Shown piece after piece: positions 25,549 to 39,891 of a DNA stretch of 64,000 nucleotides. Both the position numbers and the translations under genes were made by a program. Within the stretch, counting starts at the first letter, position 1, and the number at the start of each line of letters is the position of its first letter. The stretch spans positions 109,492,001 through 109,556,000 of the forward strand of contig OX597821.1 in assembly GCA_951406725.2 (NCBI GenBank). Reading direction: 5' to 3'. The notes below the pieces were generated by a model. The model saw only the letters and a list, made by a program, of their open reading frames with translations, was not told where the DNA came from and made no database searches. The stretch is from Octopus vulgaris. Taxonomy: Eukaryota.

Positions 25549-25672
<124 letters not shown>

Positions 25673-25731
25673 GTACATAATACATTGATAGAAAGATTGA
25701 TAGATAGATATACATGCATGTCTTCTTCTCC

Positions 25732-26432
<701 letters not shown>

Positions 26433-26789
26433 GAGTGAGAGAGCAGTGCATGCCATCAAAGTGACACTGGGGTAAAATATACGAAGCCCAATATACCCAT
26501 CATGACTACCCGTCTGATAAAGGTACACCAGGCACATGCATCACAACCATATGTGCGCGACATGGTGATCTCATATCAAGATAAACAGCACATGACCTTG
26601 CAGGTGGGGCCCAGTTAGAATTTTCTTCAGGTTGAGTAGCCCATCCCGCTCAAACGGTCCCTGAATAAGGGTTGTTTAAGGATGTTGAAAGAACCACCCA
26701 ATTTTCCAGAGGTGAATTATTCAAACCCCAAAGAATCCCTCTCAACACATGGCTATGATGCTCCCCCACTACTTCTGCTCGTGATCAGA
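26433..26789 (-). mobile_element. Family D, truncated
   Basis: Same family as 61160-61714; abuts the long (TTA)n. Confidence 0.9.
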
Positions 26790-27329
26790 ATCTCTTTAGA
26801 ATAATAATATACGCAACTCCAAATAAATATGTTCAGTGTCTTTCAATTCGTCCACTCACACGTATTCATGTATGTATGTATGGTATGTATGTAGGTAGGT
26901 AGGTAGGTAGGTAGGTATATGTATGTATAGATGTATGTCAACACACACACACATACACAGGCACGGGGATAGAAGAGAGAGTCGCATGGCCTTGTGGAGA
27001 GCGTAGATCTTAGGTTCAATCACCGAACGGTTGATGTATTGTGCTCTTAAGCAAAACACTTCACTTTCCGTTGCTCTGCGATTGCTTCGACATCTGACGT
27101 GTAACACACTAGAGCCCCTGTACAGGCAAATGTCGATATGATGGACGGAATAAGCTCATGTACAACGAAACACTGATCACTATAAAGAAAATGGCGCCCG
27201 AAAAAGTCGCGCTATGTATTTTGCCCGGCGTGCTAACAATTCTGCCATCGTGGCACCTTAGAAGCAGAGATAATTCTTTCTGCTATGGACAGAGGGCTTG
27301 AAATCTTGGTGGAGGACGCTGATCGGTGA

Positions 27330-27962
27330 CATCAACCCCAGTGCTAAATTAGCGGTTAATTTACCGAATCTGAGAAGATGAAAGGCAAAGTAGACCTCGG
27401 CGGAATTTGAACTTAGAACGTAAAGACGGACGAAATACCTGTTTCTTTACTACCCACAAGAGGCTAAACACAGAGAGGACAATCAAGGACAGACAAACGA
27501 TTAAGTCGATTATATCGACCCCAGTGCGTAACTAATACTTATTTAATCGACCCCGAAAGGATGAAAGGCAAAGTCGACCTCGGCGGAATTTGAACTCAGA
27601 ACGTAGCGGCTGACGAAATACCTACTTCTTTACTACCCACAAGGGGCTAAACGCAAAGAGGACAAGCAAGGATAGACAAACGATTAAATCGATTATATCG
27701 GCCCCAGTGCGTAACTGGTACTTATTTAATTGACTCCGAAAGAATGAAAGGCAAAGTCGACCTCGGCGGAATTCGAACTCAGAACGTAGCGGCTGACGAA
27801 ATACCTATTTCTTTACTACCCACAAGGGGGCTAAACACAGAGACTACTTGAATAATTTTAATATTGTTATTTTTGGTGTACTTGTTTTAAATAGTTTGAT
27901 TGTCATTAAGCATTCCGACAAGCATTTTGCCTGGCATGCTAACGATTCTGCCAGTTCGCCGC
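27330..27962 (-). mobile_element. SINE family C tandem array (about 3 units) plus head
   Basis: Repeated ggcaaagtcgacctcggcggaatttgaactcagaacgtagcggctgacgaaatacct... Confidence 0.85.
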
Positions 27963-28096
27963 TATTAAAAAAAGAAATACATACATATATATAATATATA
28001 AAATGAAAATTAGACAGTCAGAAGTTAATCAAGAATGATCTGGATTCAAACAACAAAATTTGAATAATTAATACTAATTGATAAAGCCACGACCAA

Positions 28097-28154
<58 letters not shown>

Positions 28155-28313
28155 CACAACAAGAGCGGAAGCAACATTAACAAAAACAACACAAACAACA
28201 AGAACAAAGCTGTTAGAAAAACCGAAAAACCCAATTGCGAAAACAATAGTGAAGGTGGCGGTGGTGGTGGTGGTGGGCAGTAGATGCAGCAGTAGCAGCA
28301 GCAGCAGCAGTAT

Positions 28314-28660
28314 AGGCGCAATGGCCTAATGGTCAGGGCAGCGGACTCGCGGTCGAAGGATCGCGGTTTCGATTCCCAGACCGGGCGTTTTGTGTGTTTA
28401 TTGAGCGAAAACACCTAAAGCTCCACGAGGCTCCGTCAGGGGGGGGGGAGACTCCTGTTGTACTCTTTCGCTCCAACTTTCCTTCACTCTTTCTTCCTGT
28501 TTCTTGTCCCCCGACTTCCTACGCAACCGCTAAGCTTGGATGCGCATTCATCCATCCGTCGATGCTCTCGGTGTCGGGGTTTGACCTGCTTTCTCTTCTG
28601 CGGGTCTTACGAATAGCAAAGAACCATGTTTCGGACTTCTCCCATCTTGCGAGCTCAACA
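28314..28660 (+). mobile_element. SINE family B head with an alternative 3' tail
   Basis: ggcgcaatggcctaatggtcagggcagcggactcgcggtcg...ttcgattccc (tRNA-like); diverges from other B copies after ~28505. Confidence 0.8.
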
Positions 28661-28712
28661 GCAACAGCAGCAGCAGCAGCAGCATGAGCAGCAGCAGCAG
28701 CAGCAGCAGTAA

Positions 28713-28763
<51 letters not shown>

Positions 28764-29232
28764 CAATTGCTGTCATTATCGTCGTCATGGTCGTTGTTGT
28801 AGTCAAGTTCGCCATCGCCCCTTTGTCTTTCTTTGTTAATGTTATTTTTTTTTCCTTTTACTCAAAGAAGCACCGCAGTAAAATTTTTGTTTTAATAAAT
28901 AAATCAATAAATTTCAGTAATGAAGTGCCTGGCTGGATTGTCAAACTGACTTTGATAAATTGATCTGCCATTTACAAAAAAATAAATAAATAAATAAAAG
29001 AAAAAAAAACAACAGATTCTTTTGCTGAAATATCATCCCACCTCTCCCTACTCCTTTTCTTCCCTTTCCCCTTCCTCTTCCTGCCTCTTGTCTTCCTTCT
29101 GCTTAAAAGGTAAAAGAATACCGTTGATGACATTTTCACCTGCCAATCTGCAACACTTCAAATGCCTTTTGTTTTTTCCTGTCCAATTGTTGTTCCCAAT
29201 ATCATTGCTGGCTATTGGTGTTATAATTATCA

Positions 29233-29580
29233 TTTCTTCTTCTTCTTCTTCTTCTTCTTCATCTTCTTCTTCCTCTTCTTCTTCTTCATCTTCTTCTTCT
29301 TCTTCTTCTTCTTCTTTTTCTTCTTCTTTTTCTTCTTCTTCTTCTTCTTCTTCTTCTTCTTCTTTTCTTCTTCTTCATCTTCATCTTCTTCTTCTTCTTC
29401 TTCTTCTTCTTCTTCATCTTCATCTTCTTCTTCTTCTTCTTCTTCTTCTTCTTCTTCTTCATCTTCATCTTCTTCTTCTTCTTCTTCATCTTCTTCTTCT
29501 TCTTCTTCTTCTTCATCATCTTCTTCTTCTTCTTCTTCTTCTTCTTCTTCTTCTTCTTCTTCTTCTTCTTCTTCTTCTTT
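29233..29580. repeat. (TCT)n microsatellite
   Basis: Directly visible. Confidence 0.95.
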
Positions 29581-29826
29581 ATTTATTGATTTATTGATTT
29601 ATTTCATTAAGATAACATTCATATTCTATATATTATTGTTACAAAAGGGAATTTTTGAATTTCAAAATACAAAGAAATAATTTTGAAAAATCTTGACTTC
29701 TTCAATAATTTTAATATTGTTACTTTTGCTGTGCTTGTTTTAAATAGTTTGGTTGTCATTAATTTTTGAGAGTGAAGTCCTCTGGTTAATTTTCTACACA
29801 CTTTTTGCCATTCCTTCTCTCTCTGT

Positions 29827-29872
<46 letters not shown>

Positions 29873-29873
<1 letters not shown>

Positions 29874-30102
29874 TCTTTTTTTACTCTTTTTACTTGTTTC
29901 AGTCATGTGACTGCGGCCATGTTGGAGCACCACCTTTAGTCGAGCAAATCGACCACGGGACTTATTCTTTGTAAGCCCAGTACTTATTCTATCGGTCTCT
30001 TTTTGCCGAACCGCTAAGTGACGGGGACGTAAACACACCAGTATCGTTTGTCAAGCGATGGTGGAGGGACAAACACAGACACACAAACATATACACACAC
30101 AT

Positions 30103-30169
<67 letters not shown>

Positions 30170-30326
30170 CATATACGACAGGCTTCTTTCAGTTTCCGTC
30201 TACCAAATCCACTCACAAGGCATTGGTCGGCCCGAGGCTGTAGCAGAAGACACTTGCCCAAGATGCCACGCAGTGGGACTGAACACGGAACCATGTGGTT
30301 GGTAAGCAAGCTACTTACCACACAGC
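29873..30326 (-). mobile_element. SINE family A, near full length
   Basis: Reverse complement of 42561-42977. Confidence 0.9.
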
Positions 30327-30659
30327 TGTGAGTGTGTGTGTGTGTGTGTGTGTTTGTGTGTATGTATATGTATATATATCAAAATAAGCAATAAGGATAT
30401 CCAGAGGTAATGCAGTACGATCGCTTCATGCGACTCCATTTAATTGAACAATGTAAAAATTACATCAATTTAAAATGCATAAAACAGCAGAACTGGAACA
30501 AAACTCAGTATTTACAATATAGAATGGTGATGATCCATAACCTTGGACCCTACACAAGAATACGCAGAATTCTTTGTTAATCTAAACACTATTGTTCGCC
30601 TGGTGCAAACAGAAAAAAATTAAGATACTTGGATATTTTCCTACTCTTTTTAACATACA

Positions 30660-30872
30660 TATTGCTTTATTACCCACAGGGGGTAAACAAAGAGGAGACA
30701 AACAAGGATATACAAAGGGATTAAGTCGATTACATCGACCCCAGAGCGCAACTGCTACTTATTTAATCGACCCCCGAAAGAATGAAAGGTAAAGTCGACC
30801 TCGGCGGAATTTGAACTCAGAACGTAACGGTAGACGAAACACCGCTAAGCATTTCTGCTAGCTCGCCGCCTC
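30660..30872 (-). mobile_element. SINE family C
   Basis: One body unit plus head gctcgccgcc. Confidence 0.8.
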
Positions 30873-30880
30873 ATGATAAG

Positions 30881-30915
<35 letters not shown>

Positions 30916-30926
30916 GGTATTATATG

Positions 30927-31005
<79 letters not shown>

Positions 31006-31008
31006 ATG

Positions 31009-31040
<32 letters not shown>

Positions 31041-31214
31041 CATGGCGGTTTTCTACTCCTTATGCAGAGTCTGACCACCTTTTTTATTTAAACCTTAGAT
31101 TCATTTTGGCGTCTGATGTGGGGGGGTTTTTAAGCCAGAAAATGTATTGAAAAGACACCCACATAAATTGTATATCTTATTAGGACCCTCAAGAGCTACA
31201 GTTAAGTTCTGATC

Positions 31215-31400
31215 TTAGTTGGTGTTAAAATGTCTTTTGAGGTCCCCGTTAGATTTGCAGATCTTATGGCATACACGGCATTGAAAGACGTGCACAGATA
31301 TTTAGGCAGGAAAGTTGGTAGGGTTTCGTTTTTCATGGGTCCGCAAATGAGATTTGAGCCCAGCAAATGAAAGGCACGGTCTGTCACAAACTGTGCACAT
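31215..31400 (-). pseudogene. Two C2H2-type zinc fingers, probably an RTE LINE ORF end
   Basis: Hand translation: MCTVCDRPCLSFAGLKSHLRTHEKRNPTNFPA*ISVHVFQCRVCHKICKSNGDLKRHFNTN*. Confidence 0.65.
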
Positions 31401-32545
31401 AATGACAACTGGAAACAGCTGTGAGTCGAATTTCCTACAATAAAGAAATATTTCGTTTTGGGATTTGGTTTGCAAGATTCTTTATTTGAGTTCGTGTGTT
31501 GAAGCATATTCTGTCGTGTCTGGGGAGAGTTCATTTTCTTTTTTTGCCTTATAATTTAACACACTCACCGGTAAAATTTCCACTTATTTCTTATTTTTAT
31601 TTTCCTATAGGAAAATAAAAATAACAAATAAGTGGGAATATTTTCCTATAGAAAAATAAGAATAAGAAATATGTTGAAATTTTACCGGTGAGTGTGTTAA
31701 ATTATAAGGCAGAAAAAGAAAATGACTCTCCCTAGACACAACAGAAGATGCTTCAACACACAAACTCATATAAATCGAAAAACGAAATAATTTTAGCGGT
31801 GTGTGTGTTAAATTTTAAGGAACAAAAAGAAAATGACTCTCCCCAGACACAAAAGAAATATTTAATAACCATTAATTATCCTTGGCCCTCGGTTCAGTTC
31901 CACTGCGTGGCACCTTCGGCAAGAGCCTTCTCATATAGCCTCGGACCGATCAATGTGAGTGGATTTGATAGGCAAAAACTGAAAGAAAATTCTTGATAAG
32001 GTGGAACCTAAAGCCCGGTTGCTATAAAATGCATAGTACTCACCAAATTAACATTGTTTCACTTTTAGCTTAATATTGCGTTCATTTTTCGCCACTATCT
32101 GTCCTCTTCTCTGTGTTCATGTATTGGTGTGTGCTTGTGAATACATACACCCATCCAAACACACACACACCCATCCAAACACACACACACCCATCCAAAC
32201 ACCCACACACACACGCGCGTGCTATGTATTTATTCATATACGTATTGTGCGTATGCTCGTGTGTGCGTTTGTGCATGTGTGAGTGAGTACGTGTGTGACT
32301 GTGCGTGAGTGCGTGTGTGTAGGTTCGTGTTGTGTCCATTTGTGTAATGTAAACGCGTTGATATGATCCGGCTTAGCCATTCAAAACGGTGCCCCAGCAT
32401 GGACGCAATCTAGTGACTCAAAGCATCAAAAGAATTAAACAAGGAAACAACATGCTCACACATATGTATACGTACATACATAATACATATATATATGTAT
32501 ATATACTTATATATACATACATATATACATAGATACATATATATT

Positions 32546-32585
<40 letters not shown>

Positions 32586-32647
32586 CTTATATATACATAG
32601 ATACATAGATACATATATATATATATGTATACATATATATGTATATA

Positions 32648-32721
<74 letters not shown>

Positions 32722-32946
32722 TGTCCTTATACGCAATCAGAAAGCACTCTATCAGACTATATGATATGCAAATTTGCACAAAAGCGAAACAGCAGATATT
32801 CCATGTGAATATGACGCCATATTTTGTGTAAGTCGATTTCTATGCGGTAAGAAATCTGCTGGCGACAGGATTCTTTCAGTCCATCTGTTGGCAGTATTTT
32901 TGGTAAAGCCACTCAGTAAATAGGTCGGTCGATACGCATACAATAT

Positions 32947-32996
<50 letters not shown>

Positions 32997-33094
32997 TACT
33001 TACACATACGCAATACAGCACAAAATTCTTGCGCGTATCACGCTTATGTTCGCTCAAACACATATGGACTTAAATACGAACACGTGTTTTTTTT

Positions 33095-33145
<51 letters not shown>

Positions 33146-33338
33146 CTATATATACAAGAGTACTGTCTGTTTCACACATGTACACACATTACATACATAT
33201 ACATACACACACACATACACATACACATACCCATACACACACAGCGTTTGGATTTAGTTAAAAAAAAATCATCTCACCACACAGAAACGAAGGCATTATC
33301 ACATTTCTATTTACATGTTCATATATATGTATGTATAT

Positions 33339-33402
<64 letters not shown>

Positions 33403-33496
33403 TTATTTATATATATATGTTATATATGCATATATAAATAGATATACATCCATGTGTGTATGTGTGTGAACATATTTTTATATACTATATATATGC

Positions 33497-33570
<74 letters not shown>

Positions 33571-33734
33571 CATAGATTTTATTTATAACTATACACATAT
33601 ATGTGTGTGTGCGTGTGTGTGTGTGTATTCATGCCTACACACATTCTTTTATACGTAATCTGCATATGTACATACACGCACATGTTTGTATGGCGAGTAT
33701 GTACGCAGACACATTCACACACACACATCTATAA

Positions 33735-33780
<46 letters not shown>

Positions 33781-34330
33781 AACGTACACATACTCACGTA
33801 CACACACGTACTCACACAAACACGTACGTACTTGCACACACATATATACATACACACAGTCACGTACTTAATTCTACCCCGTTACCAATATCTACTATTT
33901 CATATATCTAACTTCAATCCGCCTCTCCTATTTCAAAATCTCCATTTCTCTCTCTTTCTCCGCTCATTCTTCCTTAGTATTTCTCCATTCAAATCCATTC
34001 TCAACCATCTTCCTTTCCTCCTATTCCTCCTCTTCCTTCTGTTCAGCTTCTCTCTTTGTATTTCACCCATCATTTTCTCTCTCTCTCTCTCTTTCTTTCC
34101 TTCACATTTCTTCATTCGCGTACCTATGTCGCCTTTTCCCCCGTCGTCATTGAGATATTTTCAAGCTTAATTGATGCACAAATATTTTCACATACACACT
34201 CCTAAACATGCTTACACATATGTATACGTACATAATGGCACAATAAAAGTATGTAAAACTTTCCCAAAGTTTAGCATATAAGTACCTATCCTCATGTCTA
34301 GACATGCAACTCTATGTATGTATAAACAGT

Positions 34331-34697
34331 GGAGGCGCAATGGCCCAGTGGTCAGGGCAGCGGACTCGTGGTCGTAGGAGCGCATTTTCGATGCTCAGAA
34401 CGGGCGGTGTGAGCGTTTATTGAGCGAAAACATCTAAAGCTCTACGAGGCTCCAGCAGGGCGAATCGTACTATACTCTTTCACCACAACTTTCACTCTTT
34501 CTTCTTGTTTCTGTTGTACCCGTATTTCAAAAGGCCAGCCTTGACACACGCTGTGTCATGCTGAATCACCCCCGAGAACTCCGTTAAGGGTACACGTGTA
34601 TGTGGAGTGCTCAGCCACTTGCACGTTAAATTCACGAGCAGGCTGTTCCGTTGATCGGATCAACTGGAACCCTCGTCGTCGCAACCGACGGAGTGCC
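34331..34697 (+). mobile_element. SINE family B, full length
   Basis: tRNA-like head ggaggcgcaatggcccagtggtcagggcagcggactcg; tail ...ggaaccctcgtcgtcgcaaccgacggagtgcc. Confidence 0.88.
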
Positions 34698-34956
34698 ATG
34701 ATGTGTAAACATATGTGCACCGTCGTAAATTCTTGTACATTTATGCACAGGTACATGAACAACCAAGTTGTTAATATTAAAATTCCAAAGAAGAACATTT
34801 GGATTAAGGTTAGAAACCAGTCCTTTCTTTCTAGTCATATCTAGAAATAGGACTAAGTAATCTTATTTACATACACGCATCCATACATGAATGCATACAT
34901 ACATGCATACATACTTACATACATGCATACATGCCTGCATGCATACATACATTCAT

Positions 34957-35507
34957 GTTGGCTGCCCCCTCGTTATCGAGTATGGCCATTGCGCGAAGCT
35001 TAATCGATGTTGTTATCGTGCAATGCCTGTTCAAGAAGATTTCTTTTTAAAGCGAGGAACGGCTGTGCACTGAGTCAATCCCACTCACTAAGCAACAGCA
35101 GTCATAATCTGAAAAGAAGAACAAGTCACATCATCGGTAACCACTGAGCCGCAGGTTTTATGTCGGAGTTATCCCAGTTACCTGATTTACCTTCTCCTAG
35201 AAGGGATGCCCTAACAAAGGCTAGGAGTCCTTCACTCCCAATGGATTAACCGCGCGATCGAGTATTCAGTCTGGTTATTTCTATGTCCCCGCGCATGATA
35301 CAGCCTTAAGACATTTATTGGATGGCCGTTGACTCTCAAGAATTCCTCCGCTCTTTGACGGGTTTTGTTTTTCATCCCGCAGGGTTTCCAGTAAACACCC
35401 TCTTCACCAAGCAAGCTTGGTTGCGTTGCCGGTTTAGTCGCCGACGACCCGACAATGCAACAGGTTGTACTGGGTTACATGCTACCAGTAGCACTCGAAA
35501 GTGACCT
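34957..35507 (-). mobile_element. Putative non-autonomous RTE-derived element
   Basis: Minus strand has ggactcctagcctttgttagggcatcccttctaggagaaggtaaatc (RTE 5'UTR-like motif) and ends aatggccatactcgataacgagggggcagcc plus a simple-repeat tail. Confidence 0.45.
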
Positions 35508-35599
35508 GACATAAATACACACATACACACATAGATACATACACAAAAGCGATACCTACATACATGCATGCATGCACGCATGCATATTGCGTACATAAA

Positions 35600-36215
35600 T
35601 ACAGGATGCGAGGGGTATTTGAAGACATTTCGTTTTTAGTTCATTACACCTTGAAGTTATTTAATGAATTTTTCTTTTCAAGATATGATGCTAACGCAAG
35701 AAATGAAAAGACCTGCAGTCATAGTTGCTATACATGCAAACCACAGTGATTTAGAAATTAGCAACTTTCTAAATGTTGAAAGATCATTTGTACGCAAAGT
35801 TCAGTTGGAATTGGAGTCATGTGAAGGTAATGTTTCACCTGTATCAAAAAGAAAAAAAAAAATTCACAATGCCCAGACACTAAAAGGACACCGGAATTTA
35901 TACAACATGATCAAAAAATTATCGATGAAAACCCCAGAAGATCAATGAGGTCCATTGCTAAAGAAATTCAGGTGTCAGAGTGATTTATCAGAATCGTGGT
36001 ACATCGTGACATTCGATACAAGTCCTATGTAATGAGGAAAGGCCAATTCGTATCTGCAAAAACACAGGGAAACCGTCTCATCAGTTCAAAACGGTTACTT
36101 AACAATGTGAAAAACCCTCATGAACATGGCATACTTTGGTTTTACTCTGACGAAGAAAACTTTAACCAGGATCAAAAATCTAACAGAAGAAATGACAGGT
36201 GGTTATGTGTAGATG
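35600..36215 (+). pseudogene. Tc1/mariner-superfamily transposase 5' part (DD37D/maT-like), frameshifted
   Basis: MLTQEMKRPAVIVAIHANHSDLEISNFLNV (HTH)...DIRYKSYVMRKGQ...WFYSDEENFNQDQKSNRRNDRWL. Confidence 0.75.
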
Positions 36216-36304
36216 TGGACAACCTCGGTGTTGTGCAGAGAGGAGGCTGGTATGCATGAGCAACTGCTGATCTTCATTCTCTCTCTGTTTATTTCTTTGT
36301 TTTC

Positions 36305-36340
36305 CTTTCTGTTGAAGAGCGTAGGCTCGAAACGTAAAAG
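36305..36340 (+). ncRNA. Minimal hammerhead motif (CUGUUGA variant)
   Basis: cttt-CTGTTGA-A-GAGC gtag GCTC-GAAA-CG-TA-aaag. Confidence 0.6.
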
Positions 36341-36444
36341 ACTTTCTCACCTTCCCGAGGGTCAAACTAAAACACCTGCTTGTTTTTTATATACCTATCT
36401 TCATCTTTTGATTTTCTGTAAATTTTAAGTATATATATATATGA

Positions 36445-37398
36445 CTTCGTTCGGTCTATTTACAAGCTTTTTAATCCGATCAATGTAAAACTCTTTTGGT
36501 TTCAAAGCGAAGAACTCGGAAATGTCAGTTTCGACCTCCTCCTGGCTTGCGAAAGCTATGTCCCGAAAATGATTCTGTAAACTACGAATCAAATGGTAGT
36601 CTGAAGGAGCCAAGTCGGGAGAATAAGGTGGATGAGGAATTTTTTCCCAACCAATCTCTTCGGTCTTCTGTCATGTGATCTCTGCAGTGTGCGGTCGCGC
36701 ATTGTCCTGATGAAACATCATTCCTTTTCAGTTCACTAAAGAGGGTCTTTTTTTTCTTCAAAGCTTGGTTCAAACGCTCTAATTGCTGACAGTAGACTTG
36801 AGCATTGATTGTTGCATTACATGGTAATAATTCGAAGTAAATCACTCGTTTACAATCCCACCAGATAGGGAGAAGAACCTTTTCCCCATGAAGTTCCCAT
36901 CTCGGTTGTGGTTGAGCTTTTTCCCTTTTACCAACCCACTGTTTCCGACGTTTAACATCTCGATAGAAGATCCATTTTTCGTCACCAGTCACAAGTCTAT
37001 CCAAAAAGGGTGAAATGAGTTCGTGAGAATGGAGAGAAGAGCAGATAGCAACTCGGGATTTGCGGTTGCTTTCGGACAATTCATGAGGCAACAGTTGTAT
37101 GGTTTGAACTAAGCTTTATTGCCAATTCTTCAACTGATAATGCAGGATTTTCTTGAAGTAATGCCTTTTCTTCAAGTAATGCCTCATCAAACCCAGCTGG
37201 ATGTCCTGTTCGATCCTCATCTTCCAGGCTGAATACTCCACTTTTGAATTTTGCAATCCATCTTCTGCAAGTTCTTTCATTCAAGCACATTATTTCCCAT
37301 AAAGTGAGTGTATGTTTCGAGTCGCTTTTGGCTGGAGTGTTTCCCTTTTTGTACTCATAAAACATTATATTCCTCAAATGCTCTTTGGATACTTCCAT
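36445..37398 (-). pseudogene. Mariner (DD34D) transposase pseudogene
   Basis: MEVSKEHLRNIMFYEYKKGNT...SLEDEDRTGHP; PHELSE...LVTGDEKWIFY...WWDCKRVIYFELL; APSDYHLIRSLQNHF; several frameshifts. Confidence 0.9.
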
Positions 37399-37518
37399 GT
37401 TAGAAAGGGTTTTAATCAAAGAAATTTTAATTCTATTATTCTGTAAAATAATATTTAATTAGTTTGAATGTACACAAATGCATAAAAATAATTTTTAATT
37501 CCATTAGACATTCTAAAA

Positions 37519-37706
37519 TAAAGGAGCTGTTGTGGTAGCACACGACGAAACACGGTTGTAATTCCTCACTTTAATTTTCCTGCAACAAACCATCACTTTA
37601 ATTTTGAACTGGATCCTATAAAGGAGCTGTTGTGGTAGCAGACCACGAAACACGGTTGTAATTCCTCACTTTAATTTTGCTGAAACAAACCATCACTTTT
37701 AATTTT
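37519..37706 (+). repeat. 100-bp tandem duplication with degenerate hammerhead-like motif
   Basis: aaggagctgttgtggtagca begins at 37521 and 37621. Confidence 0.85.
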
Positions 37707-38741
37707 TAAGTATATAATTATATTTTTAGAATTATATACGTATAAATTTATGTTTGTGTGTGTATGTGTGTGTGAGACAGGAAATTTAATTACAAAAAGC
37801 AGTTCTACTAATGTAAATACTATCGGGCACAAGTCCATTTATTGCGAGTTAGCCTTCGGGGAAAGGCCCCTACACGAAGTCGGGTGTTAAAGAACACTGA
37901 GTGTCCCAGACGAGGTGAAAAACTCGCCCCGAAGTGATTGAGGCTGGTAGACGCCGGTATTTCGCTATTATTGTGGTTTATCAATATCATGTACTCGGAT
38001 CACCTTAAAACAAACAAAACACATACAACAGGAATGTCGGAGAGTGAATAAGAGGGAATGAAACAACAAAGGGTTAGAGAAAGAGGAGATAGGGGTGGGA
38101 GGGGAGGAGGAAAATAGGTAGAATCGTGATATATTGACATGGCTGGAGGCTAATTGCGTAATGGTATCGCCCTAGAATATGTAGGTATATGAAAATTACG
38201 TGTATATCTATATGCGTGTGTGTGGAGAGAGAGAGAGAGGGAGAGAGAGAGAGACTGACAGACATACAGAGAGAGAGAGAGAGAGTGAGAGAGAGAGAGG
38301 GTGGGTGATAGAGAGACACATACACACACCATATGCATGTATAAACCTATGTATACATGAAAGGATAGAGGCATGTATGTATATATATACTGTATGGGTA
38401 TGTGCGCATGTATGTACGTATTGTATAAATATATATAATATGTGCACACACGTGTGTTTGCATGTGCGTGTATTTATGTGTAAGAAGAGTGTGTGTGAAT
38501 ATGTGTGTATATGTGAGTGTGTGAGAAAGAGAGAGATAGAGAGAGAGTGAGTGAGAGAGAGAGAGAGAGAGTGAGAGAGAGAGAGATCTTGACTAGTCAT
38601 GTTTTGAATAGCGTGTCAATGTCAACGCATGAAATATATATACTTATGTATACATACATGTTTAAAATAGTGCTCGCTTGTACATACATACATACATACG
38701 TATACATATATATATATATATACACACATAAACACATACAT

Positions 38742-38789
<48 letters not shown>

Positions 38790-39166
38790 ACACTCACACA
38801 CACACACATATATATATATATAAATACACATATAGATATATATATATATATACACGCACACATATACATATATACACACACATACACGTATACATATGTT
38901 ATACATACACACATACACGTATGCATATACATATATATATACATATACATATACATATAGATATATATACACATACACACACACAAACATACAAACACAT
39001 TCACACACACACACACACACTGCATGCATATATACACACGCACATACATTCGTGCCTTACGTATTTTATAATTCATAAAAGCAAACGTTTTCTTTTTTTT
39101 ATGCCGTATGAGGTTATGTGTGTGTTTGTCTGTCTGTCTTTGAATATGTATGTTTGCGTGTTTGTG

Positions 39167-39237
<71 letters not shown>

Positions 39238-39629
39238 ACAATATGCTTGCGTCGATGCTTATGTGTGCATGTGTGCACTTAAATATCACACCATTGACTT
39301 GTTTTTACATGCCCAGGTCAAAGGTGATACAGCTGTTCAGTAAAGTTATGTTTGAAGTAGAATTTGAACGTTTCAGGTGAGCACAACCACCACCACCACC
39401 ACCACCACCACCGCCAACACCGCCGCCGCCGCCGCTGCCAACACCACCGTCATCATCAGCAACATATACCCACACACCGCAAAACAAAAACAAAAAAAAA
39501 AACGGAAAAGAGGAAAGTAAAACAAAAGAAACGAAACTTTATTACAGTGCATTGTAGGGTGCAAAGCACGTTCATTTGAAGAATCGAAAGTTAACCAGTC
39601 TAGCATATATACACATGCACTCGAATATC

Positions 39630-39819
39630 AAGAGAGAGCCAGACAGACAGACAGACAGACAGACAGATACAGACGGACAGAGAGAGGGAGAATTATGCAG
39701 ACAGAAACACGGAAAGACAGAGAGAGAGACCTAGAGAGAGAGAAAGAGAGAGAGAGAGAGAATGAGAGAGAGAGAGAGAAAGAGAGGCAGACAGACAGAC
39801 AGAGACATCGAGACAGAGG

Positions 39820-39853
<34 letters not shown>

Positions 39854-39860
39854 GACATCG

Positions 39861-39891
<31 letters not shown>

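Noticed and set aside
31100-31160. CTGATGT...GAAA motif, and a GAAGCGATCGTA half-motif at ~30415-30428 (-)
   Set aside because: Cores are incomplete and the stems cannot be closed; possibly decayed HHRs but unsupported.
37770-38030. Possible solo LTR (TG...CA, AATAAA on minus strand)
   Set aside because: No TSD, no second LTR, no PBS or PPT found.
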